Shown: positions 1-9,025, numbered from the stretch's first letter. The stretch: 64,000 nt of DNA from Candidatus Poribacteria bacterium (GCA_964291315.2 OZ219753.1:2336001-2400000), one strand, 5' to 3'. A program made the numbers and translations. The notes: generated by a model not told the origin, from the sequence alone.

Positions 1-471
1 TTCCCCTGGCGCTGTTTTAGATTTAGGAGCGATTGTGGGGGCCCGCGTCTGGACGGTCTCAATCGTTTTCCAAGTTGGGGTTTCTGTTTTTTGTTGATGG
101 GAAAGTGTGCCTTCTGTGATCGGTAGCTGCGCCGCTGTCTCCAATACTGGAATCGACACGCTGGACGCAGGCGGCGTGTGCTGCAATTTGGCAGCACTTT
201 GGTTAAAAGTAGGCGTGGCCCTCACAGGTGTTGAGCGGCGTGTCGGCATTGCGCGCTTGTGCCTGCTGTTTATGTGGAAACGTTGGAGATCGGTCACTAC
301 CGTCGCTTCAAAAACGAGGGGTTCTGAAGGGAGCCGCGGGCGGTACCATTGGATATACCCCAAACCTATAATTGCTAACGCGAGGCTATGCAAAATTAAC
401 GAAAGCAGAAACGCTTTCTGAGTTTTCCTGCGTTTTTGCAGGTGTACATATGAATAGGTATCCAGTAACAT
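1..471 (-). CDS. Membrane-anchored protein, 5' part only (runs off the window); TonB/TolA-like N-terminal anchor followed by a Pro/Thr-rich linker
   Basis: Manual translation from ATG at 471: MLLDTYSYVHLQKRRKTQKAFLLSLILHSLALAIIGLGY..., open to base 1. S-x-x-L-H motif in the TM helix. Not in the ORF track because its stop is outside the window. Confidence 0.7.
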   Translation of the reverse strand, partial: MLLDTYSYVHLQKRRKTQKAFLLSLILHSLALAIIGLGYIQWYRPRLPSEPLVFEATVVTDLQRFHINSRHKRAMPTRRSTPVRATPTFNQSAAKLQHTPPASSVSIPVLETAAQLPITEGTLSHQQKTETPTWKTIETVQTRAPTIAPKSKTAPGE

Positions 472-488
472 ATTATCGGCTTTCTCGG

Positions 489-3056
489 CTACAAGGTTTC
501 AGTAACCGTAGACACTGTTCCGGTATTTCCATTAATGTGCAGCATCTGTCCGTCAACGATATGCCGGGTTGCATTAGGGATGTTGGCAACAGCGGGGACA
601 CCGTATTCTCTTGCGACAACCGCCCCGTGCGACAGGATTCCGCCGCGCTCCATCACCAAACCGGCTGCGTGCAAAAAGAGCGGTGTCCACGCGGGATCTG
701 TAGATGGGCAGACGAGGATATAATCTCGGTCAGATGGGCAGGCATCTAATGGGTTTAGAAGCACCCGTGCTTTGCCGGAGGCGCTGCCTGCCGAAACGCC
801 TACGCCCCTATATCTTTCCGCTACATCGGCAGCTGTCGGTGCACCGATCTGCTCTAGGGCATCGCTGAAAATGACATCTGGCACCTCTATCTGCAGCAGA
901 AGTTCACGTTCTACCTTACGTTTGGTAATAACGTCGCTGAGATCCTTACCGGCAATCAGTTGTTGTAATTCGTCTGGCAGCAAATAAAAAATCCCACCCT
1001 CAAGTTTATAACGACAATCCAGTTCTAGCAAAGCGCGCCGAATCTGTTCATAGCCGAGCATCAAATAGAATTTTGCTGTCTCTCTGAAGGGCATATAACG
1101 TCTTGTGAAGTCGAGTTCGCTTTCAATCTGTTTTCGTAGACTGCGCTTATCCTTCACCAATTCGGCAAGTTCTACCTCCGCGGCCTCCCGTTGTTGTGTC
1201 TGTTGCTTTGTGTCCTTATCGCCGGAGCCTGACATTTTCCCATTTTCTTGCCGGAAAGATTTAACAAGCTGTTCCAGATAAGTGGTGTCTTCACGCCACC
1301 GCGGTTGTGCCAGTTCAAACTCACCAATACCACGATGCCCGTAATCTTTGAGGAAGTCGCCAAGTGCTAAGTTTCCCGCTGCGACCTGTTGCAGTTTTGC
1401 ATTGGTTTCAACAGTGAGATTGCCGGACAGACCGCCGATAAGTCTACTCACAATAGATTTTGCCGCAGTTTCACCTGCACATTTCTGGAGCGCTGCCTCT
1501 AGCCGCTGCAGCGAGAACCCGGCAAGGAGCGTGGCGGTGAGTGCTTTTGGTGCGAATGTGTCCAACGTTTTCGTGAGCCATGTGTCAAATTTCTTTATTA
1601 ATTCCGTATCCGATAAACCTGAATATGAAATATCGCGTTCGGCTTCTACCTCTGACTGAAACGTTGGGAATACTTCTGCCGTTAACACTGCATCAAAATC
1701 CGATCGGCACTGTCTCAGCCGCATCTCTGCTCTACTCATACGGACGATGTGGAGCGGTAGTTTCAGCCAAAATGCCGCGCTGATCCGTCTAATATCAGGC
1801 GCGGCTTGCGCGTACATCGCCTGCTGTGGATACTCTTTTAACGTGTTAAAATCGTGAGCAAATGGGAACCCCTCGAAGTGAAGTTCTGCCTCGCGGCCCA
1901 AATTAACGTAGATACGCCCACAGACGAGGTCCAGAATCCCGTTACCATCTACACGCCTGCTTGGATAAAACCCGAGATCTCGGTATGCCTTGCCTAAGCC
2001 CCCGGTGCCCGACATAAATTTTCTAACAATGGACCAGGTCATGGGTAGCGGAGCAGACAGCACCTCAGCGAGATTATGATGGGACCAGACGGTGCCATGG
2101 CTGTCAGCATGTTCCGCTAAACGTTGAACCTCCCCCTGACGGAGTTTCTCAACGGATTCTGGGTCTACACGCTCAACCGGAGGCAACCGCTTAGAAGAGA
2201 TTGTAGAAGACATAGTAGTAATCGGGCGCGCCTGCAACAGCAAAAATTGTCCATCCGCTAGGGCCCATTCAATATCCATAGGTTGGCCATAGTGATTTTC
2301 GACGCGTAGGCCGAGCTCCGTAAGCTGCCGCAGTTGCACATCCGTGAGACTCGGAGCGTCTTGTCGGATAGCTGCCACTTCGCTCACACCATGACGGGTT
2401 ACCATCTCTTGTTTTGTGGCGATAGTTCTTGCCAGAACAGCGCCGGTTTCTCGTGACACATGGAAGCTGTCGGGACTTATTGCACCAGACACAACTGATT
2501 CACCCAACCCCCAATTCGATTCAACAATAGAGACTTCTGAACGAAAGGGGCTCACAGTAAAGAGCACACCGGAGACATCTGCGTTGCACATCTCTTGAAT
2601 TACAACAGCCATTGCCAACGATCCCTCAGCAATATCTTGTGTTTTTCTATAGGCGACAGCCCGGTCCGACCAGAGCGATGCCCAACACGCTTTGATGATG
2701 TTTAACAGATCATCAGGAACCACATGTAGGAAGGAGTCTTGTTGTCCTGCAAAGCTGGCTTCTACCAAATCCTCAGCTGTTGCGCTGGAGCGCACTGCCA
2801 CCGTGGCGGTCTGCAACATTTGGTGTGCGCTGTGGATTTCCGCAACAAGCTCCGGAGCCAGTGTGAGTTCTCTAATGCTCCTTGTGTCTTGTTTAGGCAC
2901 GCCTTGAACGGAGGAGCGGTAAGCATCTGTGGTCACACAAAAACCTTGGGGCACCTGAAACCCGGCACATGTCAGTTTGCCGAGATTTAACCCTTTCCCA
3001 CCCACGCGTGGAAGGTCTGCTGCGTTAATTTCTGAGAAGTGCTTGATAAATTGCAT
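489..3056 (-). CDS. PEP-synthase-like phosphotransferase with rifampicin phosphotransferase architecture (ATP-grasp, substrate domain, His swivel domain)
   Basis: N-terminal GGKGLNL, VAVRSSATAED..SFAGQ and DIEWA..LLQARPIT motifs; C-terminal TDPAWTPLF..GGILSHGAVVAREYG phospho-His motif. Confidence 0.85.
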   Translation of the reverse strand: MQFIKHFSEINAADLPRVGGKGLNLGKLTCAGFQVPQGFCVTTDAYRSSVQGVPKQDTRSIRELTLAPELVAEIHSAHQMLQTATVAVRSSATAEDLVEASFAGQQDSFLHVVPDDLLNIIKACWASLWSDRAVAYRKTQDIAEGSLAMAVVIQEMCNADVSGVLFTVSPFRSEVSIVESNWGLGESVVSGAISPDSFHVSRETGAVLARTIATKQEMVTRHGVSEVAAIRQDAPSLTDVQLRQLTELGLRVENHYGQPMDIEWALADGQFLLLQARPITTMSSTISSKRLPPVERVDPESVEKLRQGEVQRLAEHADSHGTVWSHHNLAEVLSAPLPMTWSIVRKFMSGTGGLGKAYRDLGFYPSRRVDGNGILDLVCGRIYVNLGREAELHFEGFPFAHDFNTLKEYPQQAMYAQAAPDIRRISAAFWLKLPLHIVRMSRAEMRLRQCRSDFDAVLTAEVFPTFQSEVEAERDISYSGLSDTELIKKFDTWLTKTLDTFAPKALTATLLAGFSLQRLEAALQKCAGETAAKSIVSRLIGGLSGNLTVETNAKLQQVAAGNLALGDFLKDYGHRGIGEFELAQPRWREDTTYLEQLVKSFRQENGKMSGSGDKDTKQQTQQREAAEVELAELVKDKRSLRKQIESELDFTRRYMPFRETAKFYLMLGYEQIRRALLELDCRYKLEGGIFYLLPDELQQLIAGKDLSDVITKRKVERELLLQIEVPDVIFSDALEQIGAPTAADVAERYRGVGVSAGSASGKARVLLNPLDACPSDRDYILVCPSTDPAWTPLFLHAAGLVMERGGILSHGAVVAREYGVPAVANIPNATRHIVDGQMLHINGNTGTVSTVTETL

Positions 3057-3162
3057 CAGCTGAAATGGGGCTACCAGCGGTAGAAGGCAGATTTAAGCAG
3101 AGAGCCTGTTATGAAACTCGTCTCTCTACAGAATCCTGAAGTAACTAAGGATATTAGAGACA

Positions 3163-3807
3163 CTAATCGTCGTCATCATCGTCATGATCGTCGTCATCGT
3201 CATGATCGTCATCGTCGTCATGATCGTCGTCATGATCGTCATCATCGTCATGATCGTCATGATCGTCATGGTCGGCATGATCATGGTCGGCATGATCATG
3301 GTCATCATGATCGTCGGCATTGTCGGCCTGGCGGACGAAATCTGCTGGACGCTCCTGCTGATTAATCCAATCAATAAAAACTTGGATTTCGGCATCAGGG
3401 AGTCGGGGGCCCCCGGGAGGCATTCTGCCTTCAACGATTACTTCAACGATTTCACTCTCTTCAGCATGCCCTGGAATGAATGTGGGGCCGTTTTCTCCTC
3501 CAGCGAGGAAGGATTCGTACGTTCTATAATCGATACCGTCGTGGGCGGCGGCCCCATGACAGCCAGCGAAGGCGCATTTTGCTGTCAAGATAGGGAGAAC
3601 CTTATTTTCAAAGGAGAGCTTGAGCATGTCAGCAGACTGTTCAACTTCGGTAGGTAACGGAATCATGTCGGCAGGTTTTTCAGCTTCGGTAGGTAACAAA
3701 GTAGTGTTGAGACTTAAAACATCTACACCCTCGTCTGCACATCCGAGTATACAAAGCAGCAACCCGATGGTGAGTAATAAAGCGTTTCGTACTATACTGA
3801 TAGTCAT
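3163..3807 (-). CDS. c-type cytochrome lipoprotein (planctomycete cytochrome C-like domain) with His/Asp-rich tail
   Basis: Lipobox LCILGC; F..V.PIL...CAFAGCH (CX4CH); GRMPP axial Met; WI..Q terminal helix; ~50-aa H/D tail. Confidence 0.8.
   Translation of the reverse strand: MTISIVRNALLLTIGLLLCILGCADEGVDVLSLNTTLLPTEAEKPADMIPLPTEVEQSADMLKLSFENKVLPILTAKCAFAGCHGAAAHDGIDYRTYESFLAGGENGPTFIPGHAEESEIVEVIVEGRMPPGGPRLPDAEIQVFIDWINQQERPADFVRQADNADDHDDHDHADHDHADHDDHDDHDDDDDHDDDHDDDDDHDDDDDHDDDDDD
3166..3320 (-). repeat. Low-complexity GAC/GAT/CAT codon repeat encoding the His/Asp tail
   Basis: Repeated cgtcatgat/cgtcat units on the + strand. Confidence 0.9.
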
Positions 3808-3951
3808 TTGAAATCCTTTCTAAACATAGGGGGAACTTTCAAGTCAATAGTGATTTCGCGACATTGGAAATACTCCACTCACTGTTGGCCTAAAGGAAGG
3901 AGAGATAGCGCATAGAACTACGCTCTCTTCCGACTCATCTCATCGAAGAAT

Positions 3952-3980
3952 ATGATAGCAGATTTTGACGAAATAGTCAA
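3952..3980 (-). promoter_or_regulatory. sigma70-type promoter for the cytochrome c gene
   Basis: Minus strand TTGACT-17 bp-TATCAT. Confidence 0.6.
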
Positions 3981-4044
3981 GCCGCAGACCCATCACTATT
4001 TCCATATCCAACCACGAAATCGTGCTACTGTTTTTTTATCCTTC

Positions 4045-4073
4045 TTGACAAATCCGTGTGACCTGATTAAACT
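4045..4073 (+). promoter_or_regulatory. sigma70-type promoter for the GT9 gene (probably leaderless transcript)
   Basis: TTGACA (4045-4050)-17 bp-TAAACT (4068-4073); ATG at 4081. Confidence 0.65.
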
Positions 4074-4080
4074 AAAAAAG

Positions 4081-5217
4081 ATGTTTCAGAATGCAACCGA
4101 AATCCTCACTTTAATCGCCTCCACTGCTGTGCAGTGGCTTCTCTATCGGAAACGCTTGCCGCATGACTTCATCCCCAAACGTATTCTCGTTGTGAAGCTC
4201 GACCATCTCGGAGATGTCATATTAGCCACACCGGTGTTCTCCAACCTGCGTCAGGCGTATCCGAACGCCGAATTACATGCACTTGCCGGAAGATGGAGCC
4301 GCGTGGTTTTAGATAGACATCCTGATGTCGATAAGACGTTGGAATACAATTCACCCCCCTTCTGCCGGACAGGACAAGCCACGTCGCTAAGAGCGACGTT
4401 CGAATTGTATAGACAATTACGCCGCCAGAGATATGATCTGGTGGTAGAGCTTCGATCGGATTGGCGTATCCTCTGTTTCGCACTCTTACGACTCGCACCG
4501 CATCGCCTCAGCCGCGCAGCTTTACAAATTGAAAATAGGTTAGGAGGCTCTCGATTCAGTGGGATGCATGAGACAACGCGCAATCTTGACGTTCTGAGGC
4601 ATGTGGGCATTCCAACCTCAATCCAAACTGCTATTTTCTCAGTGAAACCCGAAGATGAAAAGTGGGCATCTGCTTTCTTGAGATCACACGAGATTGACAG
4701 ACAATATCCGTTGGTTGCCATACATCCGGGATCTCCCGTACCACTAAAACGTTGGGATCCTGAACGGTACGCAGAATTAGCAGACTGGCTGGTTACCCGA
4801 AGGCATGTACAGGCGCTGTTTGTCGGTGTGAAGGACGAAATTCCAATAATAAATGAGATTCAAAGTCTTATGCGCGGAGAATCAACGAATATCGCGGGCG
4901 AAACGACCTTGACGCAATTGGCATCAATCTTGCGTGCATCTCATATGTTTATCGGGAACGATAGCGGCCCGATGCATCTCGCGGCAGCGGTAGGCACACC
5001 GACGATCGGGCTCTACGGACCGGGTGATCCGAGGCGCTTTGCTCCGATCGGCGCACAGTGCCGGACGATTCAGCAGAAGGACGACTGTCCGCCTTGTGCT
5101 GGCGTTACGTGCCAATTCGGAAAAGAGGGATGCATGTCAAAAATCCGAGTTAGGGATGTTATCCAAGTGCTTGAAGATGCACGCTATCTAACATCGGAGA
5201 ATCTTGACAGAGAATAG
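4081..5217 (+). CDS. Glycosyltransferase family 9 (LPS heptosyltransferase-like)
   Basis: RILVVKLDHLGDVILATP, HPGS..KRW, FIGNDSGPMHLAAAVGTPTIGLYGP; start moved from 3952 to ATG 4081. Confidence 0.9.
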   Translation: MFQNATEILTLIASTAVQWLLYRKRLPHDFIPKRILVVKLDHLGDVILATPVFSNLRQAYPNAELHALAGRWSRVVLDRHPDVDKTLEYNSPPFCRTGQATSLRATFELYRQLRRQRYDLVVELRSDWRILCFALLRLAPHRLSRAALQIENRLGGSRFSGMHETTRNLDVLRHVGIPTSIQTAIFSVKPEDEKWASAFLRSHEIDRQYPLVAIHPGSPVPLKRWDPERYAELADWLVTRRHVQALFVGVKDEIPIINEIQSLMRGESTNIAGETTLTQLASILRASHMFIGNDSGPMHLAAAVGTPTIGLYGPGDPRRFAPIGAQCRTIQQKDDCPPCAGVTCQFGKEGCMSKIRVRDVIQVLEDARYLTSENLDRE

Positions 5218-5303
5218 GATTTTGGAGGTGCACCGCGCAAACCCGAATAAATTGATGTATAGGCTCACATTTATTAGGGCGAAAAGAGTGCTGACGAATC
5301 ACC

Positions 5304-5357
5304 TTGACATATTTTTAAAAAATAGTTATACTATTTTAAATAGCATTAAATGCTATT
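5304..5357 (+). promoter_or_regulatory. sigma70 promoter with two palindromic operator-like sites
   Basis: TTGACA (5304-5309)-17-TATACT (5327-5332); AAAATAGT-TAT-ACTATTTT over the -10 and AATAGCATT-A-AATGCTATT at 5339-5357. Confidence 0.7.
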
Positions 5358-5426
5358 GTAGGACACAAGTAGCTTGCGGCATTGGCTTGCAAGCGATATA
5401 ATGAACTTAGAGGAGGGATTTAGAAA

Positions 5427-6092
5427 ATGCAATCGAGATTAATGTGGCTTGTGCTTGCCGTGTTCGCGGTGGGCATCATAAGCATCGGCGTTATAGGTTG
5501 CGGGGGCGACAGTGAAGATGACGGCTCTGCCGAGACGCCGAACCCCGCAACTCCAAGTACTGACGAAGGCCCCGCCGTCGCTGCAAAAGAACCTATTGAC
5601 TTTGCCGCGGAGAAAGAGGCAATTCAAGAGGTCTACAGTGCCTTCTATAAAGCCTTCAACGACTTCGATATCAAAGCTGTTCAGGAGACCTTCGAAACTA
5701 GTAAAATCGTTTTTGGAACAATTTTTGCTGGAAATGAACCCGTGCCTTTGGCATCAGGTTGGAACAATGTTAAAACAAATATCGAAGGTTTATGGATCGG
5801 TATCGGCACAAAAGGCAACAAATGGGGGCAAAACGATAAGTTGACAAACTTTTGGATCCGCTATAAAGGCAGCAAAATTGAAGCGAGCGCGATAGGGTAC
5901 AACTGTTATAAAGGTGCGTACCCGGGTGAGACGCATCTCTATTTGTTGAAAGATCCTAAGGATGGCTGGCAGATTCATGAGCTGGATAGCATCACGGAGA
6001 ACAACCTTGGGATATTTGGATTTCATAAAGGTAAAGCGCGGCTAAGTGATGAAGGTAACTTCTTCACATCAGACAAAGATAAAGCCCCGTAA
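5427..6092 (+). CDS. Lipoprotein with NTF2/SnoaL-like domain
   Basis: RBS GAGGAGG; lipobox VIGC; EKEAIQEVYSAFYKAFNDFD helix and terminal GWQI strand typical of the NTF2 fold. Confidence 0.65.
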   Translation: MQSRLMWLVLAVFAVGIISIGVIGCGGDSEDDGSAETPNPATPSTDEGPAVAAKEPIDFAAEKEAIQEVYSAFYKAFNDFDIKAVQETFETSKIVFGTIFAGNEPVPLASGWNNVKTNIEGLWIGIGTKGNKWGQNDKLTNFWIRYKGSKIEASAIGYNCYKGAYPGETHLYLLKDPKDGWQIHELDSITENNLGIFGFHKGKARLSDEGNFFTSDKDKAP

Positions 6093-6125
6093 GCTCAACG
6101 CCGACCCGCGGATTTTCCGAAAGAT

Positions 6126-6175
6126 TGCCCGTTTTTGTGCAGCCTAGATAAAGAGACTGCCCGTTTTTGTGCAGC
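6126..6175 (+). repeat. 18-bp direct repeat TGCCCGTTTTTGTGCAGC (6126-6143, 6158-6175), candidate enhancer sites
   Basis: Two identical copies 32 bp apart, upstream of a -24/-12 element. Confidence 0.75.
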
Positions 6176-6224
6176 TTAATCTGTATGATGCAGGGATTCA
6201 CTGCAAATTCAACAGCTTTTGCGT

Positions 6225-6240
6225 TGGCACGGAAATTGCA
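6225..6240 (+). promoter_or_regulatory. sigma54 (RpoN) -24/-12 promoter
   Basis: TGGCAC-GGAAA-TTGCA matches the TGGCAC-N5-TTGC(A/T) consensus; ~70 bp before ATG 6310. Confidence 0.75.
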
Positions 6241-6309
6241 ACTACCCTTGCATCAACAGTTTTATGTTTTCTGTTACGATATACAAATATCCTTTGGAGG
6301 TAATAACAA

Positions 6310-7788
6310 ATGAGTGCAAAACGAACTTCCGGTGCCTTTATGACTTCTCTAGTGCTCCACGTGGTTATTGCGGTCATTGCTGGCGTTTATCTCGTCACGC
6401 AGACTGAACAGTTCAAGGACCTCGTTGGAGCCGAGGTGCTCCAACCGAAGGAGCCACCGAAGCCTAAGGTACGGAAACCCGTCGTCAAACCGGTTATTAA
6501 GCCGACTGTCCCCACACAGAATACCGTTGTTGTTGAACAGGTTCAAGTGCAACCGCGTGTAACAACTGCGTTTGTGGCTAAGTCGAATTTCCAACCACAG
6601 ACGGTTCTTGAATTTTCCAACCAGAGCGTTAATGTAGAAGCGCCAATCAACCCTAACGTTCCGAGAGTTGTGACCCCTAATGCTCCTGTACCGACAGTTG
6701 TAACCCACACCGATCTTCCGGTTTCGGATGCCCCCGGTGCATTGGCATTTTCGGCTCCTGTCGCAACTGCTCCCTCTGCTGGCCCGGCCAACATCGGTCG
6801 CGGTGTTGCAGGCGGGGCAGTACAGGTCAAAGTCGCTTTTGAACGTCCACCCGGACTCGCTATGGTTGAGAACGTCGGCGCAGCACGCGACGCGCTCGGC
6901 GATGTAGTTGAGAACATCACACTCGGTGATGTCGAAGTACCCCCGCTGCCGAGAGGCGAACCTGGGGGACGCGTTATCGGTAAAGGCCGGGACATCCGCG
7001 GCGTATTCCGTTTCACACGGATCCGTCACAGTCTTTCTGACTGGTGGGCTGATGCCTCTTCTCTCAACGCGCTGACGAAATGGCTCAACGAGCGTACCAA
7101 AATCAAAACCGACATGAACGTTGAAGGCGGGGCGCTGAAGTTCACAGATGCCAACCTCTTCAAAACGCCGTTCGTCTTTATGACAGGCCACGATCCGTCT
7201 CTTGTTCGTTCTCGTAATTTGCTGGGACGACAGTACGGTGGCGGCAAGATGGATAGTCGTCTCACCGAGACTGAAGCCGCCGGTATGCGCCGCTACCTCG
7301 TCGAAAAAGGTGGATTCCTCGTCTTTGATGACTGCGGTGTAAACGCACCTGCACAAGCGATGATCCGCCTCTTCTTGGCACAAATGCGCTACGTCATGCC
7401 CGAATACCAGATTGAGCGGATCGCTAACGATCACGAAATTTACGATAACTTCTATGAAATGGGGGGACCCCCTGTCGGATACGATATCTTCTGGTGGGGC
7501 ACACGTCCACCCAAACGGAACTATCTCGAAGGTATCTCCGTCGGTGAGAAACTCTCCGTTATCATCGTGCGTCGTGATTACATGTGCGCAATGGAATCAG
7601 TCAGTCTCCCAACCCGTAGCGTCCACTATTCAGCCGGTGTCTATCGTTTCATGACAAACGTTGTGGTGTATGCCTTGACGCACGGCAAGATTTCTGACTA
7701 TTCCGGTTATGTGCCTGAAAATACATTAGCCAAAAAGGAACTGCCGACTAGCGCGCCTGAGGCCGCGAAAGTCAGCGGTTTTGAATAG
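6310..7788 (+). CDS. DUF4159-domain protein with N-terminal membrane anchor and Pro/Val-rich linker
   Basis: TSLVLH TM helix; PFVFMTGH, E...MRRYL.EKGGFLVFDDCG, HEIY..FY and N.VVYALTH motifs of DUF4159. Confidence 0.8.
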   Translation: MSAKRTSGAFMTSLVLHVVIAVIAGVYLVTQTEQFKDLVGAEVLQPKEPPKPKVRKPVVKPVIKPTVPTQNTVVVEQVQVQPRVTTAFVAKSNFQPQTVLEFSNQSVNVEAPINPNVPRVVTPNAPVPTVVTHTDLPVSDAPGALAFSAPVATAPSAGPANIGRGVAGGAVQVKVAFERPPGLAMVENVGAARDALGDVVENITLGDVEVPPLPRGEPGGRVIGKGRDIRGVFRFTRIRHSLSDWWADASSLNALTKWLNERTKIKTDMNVEGGALKFTDANLFKTPFVFMTGHDPSLVRSRNLLGRQYGGGKMDSRLTETEAAGMRRYLVEKGGFLVFDDCGVNAPAQAMIRLFLAQMRYVMPEYQIERIANDHEIYDNFYEMGGPPVGYDIFWWGTRPPKRNYLEGISVGEKLSVIIVRRDYMCAMESVSLPTRSVHYSAGVYRFMTNVVVYALTHGKISDYSGYVPENTLAKKELPTSAPEAAKVSGFE

Positions 7789-7844
7789 AGGCACCGTTTA
7801 CAACCTAAGGCGACCTAAAATCGCAAAATAGAGAAGAATGCTTT

Positions 7845-7880
7845 GAGCCGCCAATTCAGATGGATTGGCGGCTTGACTTT
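7845..7880 (+). terminator. Stem-loop after the DUF4159 gene
   Basis: GAGCCGCCAATTC..GGATTGGCGGCTT followed by GACTTT. Confidence 0.55.
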
Positions 7881-7891
7881 GGGGGCGTTAT

Positions 7892-8434
7892 ATGAGAAGG
7901 GTTGACTTTTTCCTAATAATAGCAATTCTCAGCAGTGTGTGCTGCCACATCGGTTGTGATCGTGAAACCGAAGAAACTGCACTTATCGAGCAAAATGTGT
8001 CTGATGAAGAGGTTTTGACGCGACAAAAACTTTATGAAACCGCGGATTGGGAGACCCGATGGGAGAGGTCGAGAAAAGCACGCAAGCGATACTTTCTGCT
8101 GAAGGATAAGTACCCAGAAGCCGCTATAAACGCATATATTGAATATCGTAATTGGATGGACTACGGACACCCTTTGGCAGAAAAAGTGGGACGAATCAGC
8201 GCAGAAACGGATATATTAGGCAAGATAAATATCCCCCAAAACTTGCAGCTGCTCAATTGGGAATTACAGATAGCGAAGGATACCGGAGCCAGCAAGGAGT
8301 TTCTTGCTGAGATGGAAGAAAATATCCTTTTTTGGACTGAATTGGGTGAAGACTTAGAATCTGAGGGTCATGATCCGGCGCTTTTTGAAATTTCGTTTGA
8401 AATACAAGAAAAAACGGAGACGAAATCTGAATAG
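7892..8434 (+). CDS. Hypothetical helical lipoprotein
   Basis: Signal peptide ending in HIGC; 180 aa; no recognisable family. Confidence 0.65.
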   Translation: MRRVDFFLIIAILSSVCCHIGCDRETEETALIEQNVSDEEVLTRQKLYETADWETRWERSRKARKRYFLLKDKYPEAAINAYIEYRNWMDYGHPLAEKVGRISAETDILGKINIPQNLQLLNWELQIAKDTGASKEFLAEMEENILFWTELGEDLESEGHDPALFEISFEIQEKTETKSE

Positions 8435-8443
8435 GAGGCACTT

Positions 8444-8731
8444 ATGAAAAGATACTTTCAAAATCGTACGAGATTTTTTTTCTTGCTCTTGATACTCATT
8501 GCGTGTGTGAGCCTCTTTTATTTTGCTTCGGATGCAAAAAAGGAAAACGCTTTGGACGTTAAATCTGAACCTGCCCGCCTTAGAGCGCAGAAAAAGAAAT
8601 GCGCTTGTTGCAAGAAGATCAAAGCGTTTAGAAAAGAGTTTGAGGCACGACAAGCCCAGCGGAAACTTGAAGCCGAGAAAGTATCGCAAAGATCTGTTGG
8701 TACAAAAGACAATACCTCAAAAGAAAAATAA
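8444..8731 (+). CDS. Small basic membrane-anchored protein with a CxCC motif
   Basis: RBS AGGAGG; N-terminal TM helix; KKCACCKK; charged helix. Confidence 0.65.
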   Translation: MKRYFQNRTRFFFLLLILIACVSLFYFASDAKKENALDVKSEPARLRAQKKKCACCKKIKAFRKEFEARQAQRKLEAEKVSQRSVGTKDNTSKEK

Positions 8732-9025
8732 AAAAGTGGATAGAAAGACACTTGTAATCCGTTTGGCGGTGTCCCTCTGCTTCCTCACACATTCAGCATT
8801 GCTCTTGTCTGAGTCCCTTCCTACCTTCTTGAAGCGGTAGCCCCCGCCGTGCGGCGTAACCCACCGATAGCTTTTAAAACCCCAAATTCTGGTTCAAATT
8901 CATCGTAACCAAGCCCCTAAGAAATCCGGGTGCTCTGTGTAAACCGCGATTCAGAGAACATCTGGATTTTATGTGCCGAGTTGTGTTATCATACCTGCAC
9001 TAAACACTCCACTTGAGGTGATAAA

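Noticed and set aside
3111-3657. ORFs 3111-3365, 3126-3434 and 3184-3657 with Arg/His-, Met/Thr- or Ile/Val-rich repeats
   Set aside because: They are alternative-frame and antisense shadows of the His/Asp codon repeat in the cytochrome c gene.
6349-7434. 361-aa antisense ORF, and similar long antisense ORFs such as 20237-20935, 36031-36615 and 51684-52244
   Set aside because: They lie fully opposite well-supported genes, have no motifs, and are expected from codon bias.
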